Source: Escherichia phage AV117. From it: 64,000 bases of DNA. This document shows positions 26,655-34,202 of this stretch, one piece after another. The stretch is from sequence record OR352947.1. One strand, given 5' to 3'. The notes under the pieces are model-generated. The model made no database searches. It saw only the letters and a program-made list of their open reading frames with translations, and was not told where the DNA came from. Within the stretch, counting starts at the first letter, position 1. Each line of letters starts with the position of its first letter. The translations under genes were made by a program, and so were the position numbers.

Positions 26655-27029
26655 TTAAAAACGTAATTTAGATACATCTGCGTTGATTTCGCTTTGGTTT
26701 GCGTCGTATGCAATTAAACGAACAGCTTTAGATGGGTCATTCAATGCATAGAAATGATGGAACATTGCTCGAACGATATCACCATTTACGAGTTCTACCT
26801 GGATAGGAGAACCTTTTTCGAGTTGGAAATGTTCATAAGCTTTGATGGTTCGCAGATAATCAAGTTTTTGATTTCCGGCTCCAACAATTTGTACAATACG
26901 TTTGCCCATGTTTTCCATACGAGATACAATAGTTTTAGGAGCAAGAATAACGTAGGTTGCCAGCGGAGAAACTACTTCAACAGTTGTGTTTTCGGTGATT
27001 GCAGTAAAAATTGCTTGAGACATATTCAT
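26655..27029 (-). CDS. hypothetical protein (124 aa)
   Basis: ORF. Confidence 0.5.
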   Translation of the reverse strand: MNMSQAIFTAITENTTVEVVSPLATYVILAPKTIVSRMENMGKRIVQIVGAGNQKLDYLRTIKAYEHFQLEKGSPIQVELVNGDIVRAMFHHFYALNDPSKAVRLIAYDANQSEINADVSKLRF

Positions 27030-27054
27030 AATGTTTTCCTCTTGGTTTGTGTAA

Positions 27055-27088
27055 GTACATCATATCATGCCTAGAGGAAGATGTAAAC
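27055..27088 (-). promoter_or_regulatory. early promoter directly downstream of the gene 41 terminator
   Basis: GTTTAC-N18-TATGAT. Confidence 0.5.
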
Positions 27089-27093
27089 CCCGA

Positions 27094-27111
27094 AAGGAGA
27101 CCGAAGTCTCC
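27094..27111 (-). terminator. UUCG-tetraloop hairpin after gene 41
   Basis: aggagac-cgaa-gtctcct; a T-run follows on the plus strand and a weaker U-tract on the minus. Confidence 0.5.
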
Positions 27112-27117
27112 TTTTTG

Positions 27118-28560
27118 TTAAAATTTTAACTCATTGGCTAAGCTATCTAGGTCAGCACGTGTTGCTTTGGCTTTACCTACGCGTTCCGTACGATTCACCT
27201 CTGCCTGACGCATCTGAGCACCTGCGTTTTCATTTACTGTGTTAGGTGTGTTCATGCCTTCTTGCTCAATCTCAACCCATTTCTGGTTGCCTTTACGTAC
27301 ACCCATCAGGAATTTATTCCACTTATTCTTATCACCATATCGTGATTTGATCTGTTTGATAAGTTGTTGTTCAGCTTGTGCAAGTTCTTCGGTTTCAATT
27401 ACGGCCAACATGAAATCTGCTGTTGCTGGTAAACCTGCTGATTCTGCAATATCACTCATGTTCATATCCGAAGCATCCCATGCTGCACGTCCTACTTGAG
27501 CTGCAGTCCATAGAACTGTTTCAGATTCTACTGCTAATGCACGAAGTTCTTCTGCGATAGCTTTAACTAATGTGTAGCTATTTTCAGTGTAAACTCTGAT
27601 ACGACAAGACCCACAAATACCTAAGTAATCAACCATGATTACAGATGGCACAAAGTTCTTCTTGAGTTTCAATTCATTAAGCAATGCACGGAATGTATTA
27701 GCATTAGCTCCGCCAGTAGGATACTGTTTAACTACTAAACGTCCTAATGTTGTTTTTGAACGCCATTTTTCCATCTTGGCTTTATATTCAGCATAAGATA
27801 CGTTACCATCATCAATATCATCAAGTGATACGTCAAGCATGTTTGCATCTATACGCTTAGCGCAAACTTCTTCGGCCATTTCCATGGAAATATAAAGAAC
27901 ATTATGACCTGTTTGAAGATAATCTGCAGCAAGTGAACAAAGGCCTAAAGATTTACCAACGTTAACACCAGCCATTAAAACATTCAGCGTACCGGTTTCA
28001 GCACCACCTTTAGTGATTTTATTCAGAACGTTTAATTTGAACGGGACCTTACGTGCTTTATTTAGATAAGAAAGCCAGCGTGCTTCATAGTCTTCCATCC
28101 AGTCATGTCCAACATAACTATCAAACGAAATTGAAAGTGCTTGACGCATAATATCAGGAATAGCTCCTACGTCAGGCATTTTCTTGTTACGTTGTTCTGG
28201 AGGTAGTTCAGCATTAGACTGAATCTCAATGATTTTGGACGTAGCGTTATACATCGCTTTTTGCTGGACGTATTTCTCAGTTTCTTTAACCAACCATTCG
28301 TGGTCTTCAGGAGTATCAGCCAATTTTTCAATTAGGTCTGAAGTTCCTTTATATTCAGCTTCAGTTAAAGAACTGTTATCTAAAGCCACCTTTAATGCAT
28401 TTATAGACGGCATTGCATTATATTCGTTAACGTGGCTCTTTATAATTTTAAAGACATTTTTTGCCGGTCCACGCTCAAAATACTCAGAATCCATATAAGG
28501 CCAGACCTTAGAAAAATAAGCCTGGTCATATACTAGATGAGACAAAATAATTTCTACCAC
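27118..28560 (-). CDS. 41: replicative DNA helicase gp41 (DnaB-like)
   Basis: 480 aa; Walker A GVNVGKS, RecA-like core; position between 61 and uvsX. Confidence 0.95.
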   Translation of the reverse strand: MVEIILSHLVYDQAYFSKVWPYMDSEYFERGPAKNVFKIIKSHVNEYNAMPSINALKVALDNSSLTEAEYKGTSDLIEKLADTPEDHEWLVKETEKYVQQKAMYNATSKIIEIQSNAELPPEQRNKKMPDVGAIPDIMRQALSISFDSYVGHDWMEDYEARWLSYLNKARKVPFKLNVLNKITKGGAETGTLNVLMAGVNVGKSLGLCSLAADYLQTGHNVLYISMEMAEEVCAKRIDANMLDVSLDDIDDGNVSYAEYKAKMEKWRSKTTLGRLVVKQYPTGGANANTFRALLNELKLKKNFVPSVIMVDYLGICGSCRIRVYTENSYTLVKAIAEELRALAVESETVLWTAAQVGRAAWDASDMNMSDIAESAGLPATADFMLAVIETEELAQAEQQLIKQIKSRYGDKNKWNKFLMGVRKGNQKWVEIEQEGMNTPNTVNENAGAQMRQAEVNRTERVGKAKATRADLDSLANELKF

Positions 28561-28569
28561 GATAACTCC

Positions 28570-28932
28570 TTAAAAGAATTTAAATTTTTTCTTGGTCCGT
28601 TCATTAAAAGCTTGTTGTACTTGCATTGTAACACATTTTTCAACATGCGGTGCAAGTTCTGCTTTTCTGTCCTGGTCAAGAACTGCAAAGTCCATTACGA
28701 TTTTACCATCAACCCAGTCTAGTTTTGTAATATAGACTATATGATGAGAACCATCTTCAAGTGTAATCAGAATCTCTTGAATGACATTTTCCATTGCTGA
28801 ACGGATAATTTTAAGAGATTCATTAAACACTCGTTCTTTGCGAATGTCTTCCCCTTCCGAAGAAGGGGATTCATCAACGATTTCTAGATTTAAATCATCG
28901 AGATTATTCATCGAAATCTTCCATTTCGTCAA
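28570..28932 (-). CDS. 40: gp40-like protein (head vertex assembly chaperone position)
   Basis: 120 aa between 41 and uvsX as in T4; sequence identity not verified. Confidence 0.5.
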   Translation of the reverse strand: MTKWKISMNNLDDLNLEIVDESPSSEGEDIRKERVFNESLKIIRSAMENVIQEILITLEDGSHHIVYITKLDWVDGKIVMDFAVLDQDRKAELAPHVEKCVTMQVQQAFNERTKKKFKFF

Positions 28933-30076
28933 GGTCGTTTTCTATATCTGCTGCAGACGGAGCATCAGAAGTTTTAACCGGAACTTTAGTTGTGGCTTTG
29001 CAATTAATAAGGTCATTAACAGCGTCATCAACTTCTTTAATAGAAGAGATAGCACCTAGTTTATATTTAGTTTCAATTGCATCTCGGAAAGGTTTGTGTT
29101 TAAACAAAGGTCCCCAGAATTCTACACAATCAGTAGCTTTAGCACGCCATGATTTTTCTTCACGAATCATTTCGCCAGTTTCTTCGTCAAGGAATTCACG
29201 AGCATACCAACCAGCTTTAGGCTTAACTACAAAACCAATTTCAGTTGCCATTTCTAACAAGCCACTGAATGGGTCGATACCACCATCAAAATTAACAGTG
29301 ATTGGGAAAGTAGATTTTTCTTTAACGGTGCGAGATTTTTCTGCTTTCAACGTGAAGTCATAACCGGTCAATTCTGTACCTTCTTTAACCTGACGTTTAG
29401 AGATAAAAAATACCGTGTTGGCAGAATAAAGAATACCTGTACCACCACCCATAATCTCTTTAGGATACAATCCGCCGATTTCCATTGCTGTATGGTTGAT
29501 TGCAACACATGGAATATCTTTAATAGTCAGATAAGGAGTCACAATGCGGAACAGAGATTTAAGTGCCTTAGCACGAGACATATCACCTACAACTTTCTCG
29601 TTCAATGCATCTTCAGTTTCTTTCTTAGATGCAGTATTACCGATTGAATCGATAAAGATAATAACTTTATCACCGCGTTCAATCGCGTCAAGCTGATTAG
29701 TCATATCAACTTTAAGTTGTTCGACAGATTGAATCGGAGTATGAACTACACGGTCTAAATCAACACCCATTGAACGAAAATAAGATTCTGAAGCACCAAA
29801 TTCCGAATCATAGAACAAACAAATTGCATCTTTATATTTCTTCATATATGCTGCAACCATGGTCAGCCCAAACAACGTTTTAAAGTGTTTAGAAGGAGCA
29901 GCAAAAATAGTTAAGCCTGATTGCAACCCGGCATTCAGTGCACCACCTAATGCAATATTCAACATCGGAATACGAGTAGGGACTTCATCGCGATTATTAA
30001 ACAACTTAGACTTAGTCAAGTCTGCAGTCATTTTAGAAGTAGAAGCTTTAATCAGACGAGATTTTAAATCAGACAT
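28904..30076 (-). CDS. uvsX: UvsX recombinase (RecA/Rad51-like)
   Basis: 390 aa; RecA core, Walker-type motifs; length as T4 UvsX. Confidence 0.95.
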   Translation of the reverse strand: MSDLKSRLIKASTSKMTADLTKSKLFNNRDEVPTRIPMLNIALGGALNAGLQSGLTIFAAPSKHFKTLFGLTMVAAYMKKYKDAICLFYDSEFGASESYFRSMGVDLDRVVHTPIQSVEQLKVDMTNQLDAIERGDKVIIFIDSIGNTASKKETEDALNEKVVGDMSRAKALKSLFRIVTPYLTIKDIPCVAINHTAMEIGGLYPKEIMGGGTGILYSANTVFFISKRQVKEGTELTGYDFTLKAEKSRTVKEKSTFPITVNFDGGIDPFSGLLEMATEIGFVVKPKAGWYAREFLDEETGEMIREEKSWRAKATDCVEFWGPLFKHKPFRDAIETKYKLGAISSIKEVDDAVNDLINCKATTKVPVKTSDAPSAADIENDLDEMEDFDE

Positions 30077-30175
30077 TGTATTTTTCCATAGGCATCATTA
30101 TATTTTACTCATGTTTAAAAGATAAGACGATTATATACTAACGGTTATACAGCATTTAAAACTTTAAACAGGCTC

Positions 30176-30724
30176 TTAACGAGCCCATTTGATAATTTCT
30201 GTAATCAAATTATTACGTTCGCTTGCATTAAATCCTATAACTTTGTTAGCACCATCATGATTAAGTAATTGATACGTTTGGATTTTGTTATGAATTGCAA
30301 ACTCTTCAAAATATGAAATGACTGTATTAAAACCGAATGAAGACAAAGTAATAAGGTCGTCTTCAAAACTTTCAGTCATTTCGTTACGTGTTAAAATAAT
30401 TGTGAACACATCATGGTTTTGGCAAAGACGAACATAATCCTGTTCATAAACGTCAAGAACCGAGTCCACATCTTGTCGAATACGTCCATAAACCCAGTTA
30501 CTAATATATCCACGGTCTAACAGATAAATCTTAGTAGGGTCTAAATAATTCAACATCGTTTCGAAACAGCCAACTTCATTTCGAGACTTAACATCGAAAC
30601 GTCCATCAACTGTTCGTTTAGGGAAATCAATCTTTACATATCTTTCACTAATTTCCATTATGTCATTAATGAAAGTTGTTTTACCAGCATTATCCGGGCC
30701 ATCTACTAAAATAATTTTAGCCAT
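30176..30724 (-). CDS. thymidylate-kinase-like P-loop nucleotide kinase
   Basis: 182 aa; P-loop ILVDGPDNAGKTT (compare Tmk GxEGxGKTT) and LLDRGY (Tmk DRY-like motif). Confidence 0.55.
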   Translation of the reverse strand: MAKIILVDGPDNAGKTTFINDIMEISERYVKIDFPKRTVDGRFDVKSRNEVGCFETMLNYLDPTKIYLLDRGYISNWVYGRIRQDVDSVLDVYEQDYVRLCQNHDVFTIILTRNEMTESFEDDLITLSSFGFNTVISYFEEFAIHNKIQTYQLLNHDGANKVIGFNASERNNLITEIIKWAR

Positions 30725-30725
30725 T

Positions 30726-31625
30726 TTATTCCTCGATTACGACATCTTCATATTTAGGTATATTATACGGCGAAGAAATTAAAGCATTAAAGTAGATGAA
30801 CTCGCCAAGACCTGGATGGAATACTTCTTCAGGATTTTCGAAGTATTGAATCTTCGGACGTCCTTTAAGAATTTGATAGTACTCAGTTTTAGTTGGTTTA
30901 AAAATTCGAATCAGCGCTTCTTCAGGATACTTATTTCTGTCGAAGCTATTATTTGGATCGGTTATATAAAGCGGTTGACCTAATTGAATTGCACATTCAA
31001 CCACTTGTTCAAAACGATAGCACGGGTCACTAATTCGAAATGGATGAAAAATACCATCTAGATGAATAGGAGCCAAATCACCTACAAGACGCTGCATGAT
31101 GGAAGGACGTATAACTTTCTGCGTTACGATAATCTTATTACCATCTGCACCTGCGTTAACCAGCACTTCTTTTTGACGTTCATTCAACACAGTAGTTTGA
31201 AGTGAACGATTAACAGACAACATGTCGGTTTTTAAGAATTCGTCAATATAAAAACGTGGTTTATTAGGGTCTGCAGTGATATTGAAATTGAATTCTACGT
31301 CAAAAGTGCCGTCATATCCAGTGATATCTGTGATTAGAAAATCACAATCATAATAATCAATTAATGAATCAACCACAAATTCATTTTCAGACCAGAAATA
31401 TTTACGAGTGTTATATGCGTTATCTTTATACCATAATGGAACAAACTTAAATTCTGGGAAAAGTCGTTCACATTCTTTAATATCAGATGCATTACGTGGA
31501 TATGTAATCACATCACCCGGATTAGCACGGTGCAAATGAAGTTGGAAGTTGCCATCCTTAAGGATAGCATACTGTCCAGTTTCATAAGACCGCATACTCA
31601 AGATAGGTACGCGGAAAATAGCCAT
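30726..31625 (-). CDS. hypothetical enzyme (299 aa) in the T4 beta-gt map position
   Basis: no recognisable motif; 1-nt gap to downstream kinase and shared stop/start with the hydroxymethylase. Confidence 0.5.
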   Translation of the reverse strand: MAIFRVPILSMRSYETGQYAILKDGNFQLHLHRANPGDVITYPRNASDIKECERLFPEFKFVPLWYKDNAYNTRKYFWSENEFVVDSLIDYYDCDFLITDITGYDGTFDVEFNFNITADPNKPRFYIDEFLKTDMLSVNRSLQTTVLNERQKEVLVNAGADGNKIIVTQKVIRPSIMQRLVGDLAPIHLDGIFHPFRISDPCYRFEQVVECAIQLGQPLYITDPNNSFDRNKYPEEALIRIFKPTKTEYYQILKGRPKIQYFENPEEVFHPGLGEFIYFNALISSPYNIPKYEDVVIEE

Positions 31626-32341
31626 TAGTCAAGGAATCCTTTAACATAATCAAAATCACGTTCAAACACATGGGCACTTACCATGGTATGAGTATAATCA
31701 CCAACTTCTACACCACATTCTTTAGCGATATAATGAAGTAATTTTCCTTGGAGATAAAAATCCAACTGCATAACAACAGCACAGTTCTGAGAACGCATAT
31801 GGCAGTGGGTATAAAGCTTACCATCACGAATATAATAAGTCACTGAGTCAGTACATGGATATTCAAGTGTTTCGTCCGAATCAAGCAAAGCCTGATCTGA
31901 ACTTTCAAGAATTTGAAACACAACTCTTCGAGAGTTAGGTTTTTCTTTAAGTTCTTTTAGAAGAGTTGGTAACTGGGCCGCAATGCGAGGACCGTAGAAA
32001 GTGTTGAAGTTTGCAGGCAAAGCATCTGATTTCGGTTTAGAAATAAATTTAGCGACGTTAGGATATGCCTTAAATGCTTCTTCTGCATCAGTACCACCAG
32101 AAATCATAAATTTCCAGAAATCTTCAGCATATTCATAAGAGATGCGATTAATACGTGGGTCGGTCATTTTGAATGATGAAGGGGTATCAACAACTACTGT
32201 CATAGACCCAATTTCATTACAACGTCCAATACGAGAATCAGTAACGAACTGTGGATTTTCTAAAATTTCACGATTGACAGCTTTAAATGCGGATTGAAAA
32301 TCTTCGGCTTTAATATATTTCATTGTGTTATGTTTTCCCAT
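31625..32341 (-). CDS. 42: deoxycytidylate 5-hydroxymethyltransferase (gp42-type, thymidylate-synthase fold)
   Basis: 238 aa; PNSRRVVFQIL, YPCTDSVTYYIRDGKL (catalytic Cys), MRSQNCAVVMQLDF align by eye with the T4 gp42 blocks I recall; an Asp appears at the base-specificity position. Confidence 0.78.
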   Translation of the reverse strand: MGKHNTMKYIKAEDFQSAFKAVNREILENPQFVTDSRIGRCNEIGSMTVVVDTPSSFKMTDPRINRISYEYAEDFWKFMISGGTDAEEAFKAYPNVAKFISKPKSDALPANFNTFYGPRIAAQLPTLLKELKEKPNSRRVVFQILESSDQALLDSDETLEYPCTDSVTYYIRDGKLYTHCHMRSQNCAVVMQLDFYLQGKLLHYIAKECGVEVGDYTHTMVSAHVFERDFDYVKGFLD

Positions 32342-32354
32342 GTTTACCTCAATA

Positions 32355-32390
32355 CAGTTATTATATACTCAATTCATAAAGCTTATTTGA
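32355..32390 (-). promoter_or_regulatory. candidate MotA-dependent middle promoter upstream of the hydroxymethylase gene
   Basis: minus strand AAGCTTTA (MotA-box-like) - 11 nt - TATAAT, then GAGGT RBS; approximate. Confidence 0.4.
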
Positions 32391-32478
32391 ATTTCTTAGC
32401 GATGTTGATATAACGTAGAGCTTCGGCTTAGTATTCCAATTGAACAGGTCCTTTAATCACTTTAGCCGCTTTAGTTTC

Positions 32479-32502
32479 AAAAAGGCCCTTATGGGCCTTT
32501 TT
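32479..32502 (-). terminator. strong symmetric hairpin terminator after the 386-aa gene
   Basis: aaaaaggccc-ttat-gggccttttt: 10-bp stem flanked by A5/T5, could terminate in either direction. Confidence 0.55.
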
Positions 32503-32579
32503 AAGAATTTGTTCGTTGCTGTTAATTTTAATAGTCAAAATCTCTTCGTTAAGTTGGTGGTTAAAAGTTTTTCTAGAAA

Positions 32580-33740
32580 TCATTCTGGGTACCTCAAAGC
32601 GTCATCAGAGTTAGTTATATCAATAATAGATATAGAGTTTTCTGATAACCCATTTTTAGATAACTGACGTTTATAATATCTTTCACAATATGTACACGTC
32701 GTCCCACAGATTTCATTAGCACAATCGAAATCTGGATGTTTGAACCACCTTTTTTCTAAAAAGCCGTCTAACAAAGAGGTTTCAATATTTACCGTATGTG
32801 AAAACTCAGTCTCATTTTCAAGAGTGAAAATGGTCTCTAAAGGCTTCCACAATTCCAACAAATTACCTTCAAATTTTTCAGAAGCATAAGCTTCAAGAAC
32901 TTTCAAAATGTAGTCTGTGCTACCTGTACGTCCTGAAACTTTGAATTGAGTGATACCAATATCATTATAAAGTTTCAAATCTTGAGGACGAACAAAACGA
33001 GTTCTCAACCAGTTAAATGGGTCTGTATCACGAGCTTTAATACAGTGTTGCATTGGATATCCATTTAAGGATTTGGCATCATCTACTGTAACGTCAGTGC
33101 TATGGAAAATATAGCAAGAGTCACGATAGCTACAATGTGTTGTATACCCTTTACCAGCATTAGAACAGAACTCATTTACAAGAACTTCAAATATTATATT
33201 GTTCTTATTACAAAACTCTGCTGCACGTTTCAGGAAAGAAACTGAACGGTTCTTATGAATTCCACAGCAGACCTTTTTGATATTATATTGGTCATGCAAG
33301 TATTTGATTTGAGTTACAGCATCGACATGTAGAATTGTTGAAACTTCAATCTCAATGTCTTTATTGACTTCACGAACAATTTCCATAACAACAGGGTTAG
33401 CGATAGTAATACGCCATACGCCTATTGACCAAAGATACTGAACATAATCCTGAATAGCTTTCTTCTTCCACTCAACTAGTTCTCTTTTTGAACCAGGATT
33501 TATCGTGTTGAGTGTATAGTTAAAGCAAATACCTAATTCGTTACAACGTTTAACGTAATCTTCTAACATCTTTTTGTCAACGTCAGGAAGCCTAAAATCA
33601 GGTCTGGCTGCTACAAAAGCCATTTCTCTTGTAGAGCCGTATACTTCGTTTATCAAGCTATTAGGATAAGTTTTATTGAGCTCTACGATTTTATCAAGAA
33701 GAGCTAAATCAAAATTCGTTCCGATTTTAAAAGTATTCAT
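32580..33740 (-). CDS. hypothetical Cys-rich enzyme (386 aa)
   Basis: C-terminal cluster CANEICGTTCTYCERYY (contains C-x3-C-x2-C) plus internal VCCG and CS..AGKGYTTHCSYRDSC; possible metal/Fe-S site; function unknown. Confidence 0.5.
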   Translation of the reverse strand: MNTFKIGTNFDLALLDKIVELNKTYPNSLINEVYGSTREMAFVAARPDFRLPDVDKKMLEDYVKRCNELGICFNYTLNTINPGSKRELVEWKKKAIQDYVQYLWSIGVWRITIANPVVMEIVREVNKDIEIEVSTILHVDAVTQIKYLHDQYNIKKVCCGIHKNRSVSFLKRAAEFCNKNNIIFEVLVNEFCSNAGKGYTTHCSYRDSCYIFHSTDVTVDDAKSLNGYPMQHCIKARDTDPFNWLRTRFVRPQDLKLYNDIGITQFKVSGRTGSTDYILKVLEAYASEKFEGNLLELWKPLETIFTLENETEFSHTVNIETSLLDGFLEKRWFKHPDFDCANEICGTTCTYCERYYKRQLSKNGLSENSISIIDITNSDDALRYPE

Positions 33741-33800
33741 TTTTTTTTTTGCATCCCACGTTAATTGATGCGATGGTTTTTGCAGGTCTTACTTAAATTA

Positions 33801-34202
33801 TTATAGATTCGGTTTATATGATTTAAATGTTTCGAATTCGCCTTTATTCATAAGAGCTTTGAATTCGTCAGGACGCATAGCTTTGTCGTCGATAATCCAA
33901 TCATATACTGGTTTATGTGTTAGCAAATTATGGTACTTCAATCCAATGTTTGCCAAGTTCTGAATCAGACTTGGGAGAATGTCAATTGCTATACGACCAG
34001 GACCGACTGACTTCATACCGCGAGCAGTGTAAAGCGTTATGGTATGCCCTGCATCATACAGGGCATTAATGGCAGACACCATTTCGACGTCTGGTTTGAA
34101 GTTCACGTAATCACGATTGTTATTCCACTCTGTTATACAATCATCGACATCAAAACAAAGATTAAGCATGTTTTCTACACGGTGCATTAGATTCGTTCCC
34201 AT
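33801..34202 (-). CDS. HAD-superfamily phosphatase, small cap-less (KdsC/GmhB-like) form
   Basis: 133 aa; motif I FDVDDCIT (DxDx[TV]), LYTAR, K, DWIIDD; overlaps the upstream gene by 16 nt. Confidence 0.6.
   Translation of the reverse strand: MGTNLMHRVENMLNLCFDVDDCITEWNNNRDYVNFKPDVEMVSAINALYDAGHTITLYTARGMKSVGPGRIAIDILPSLIQNLANIGLKYHNLLTHKPVYDWIIDDKAMRPDEFKALMNKGEFETFKSYKPNL

Noticed and set aside
32440-32667. Plus-strand 75-aa ORF in the gap upstream of gene 42
   Set aside because: Overlaps the minus-strand terminator and the 386-aa gene end, with no RBS. A minus-strand reading of the region is more coherent.
32580-33740. Assignment of the 386-aa protein to the peptidase U32 family
   Set aside because: A segment (EFCSNAGKGYTTHCS) only loosely resembles the U32 signature (E-x-F-x2-G-[SA]-[LIVM]-C-x4-G-x-C-x-[LIVM]-S). 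Not enough to call without a profile search.
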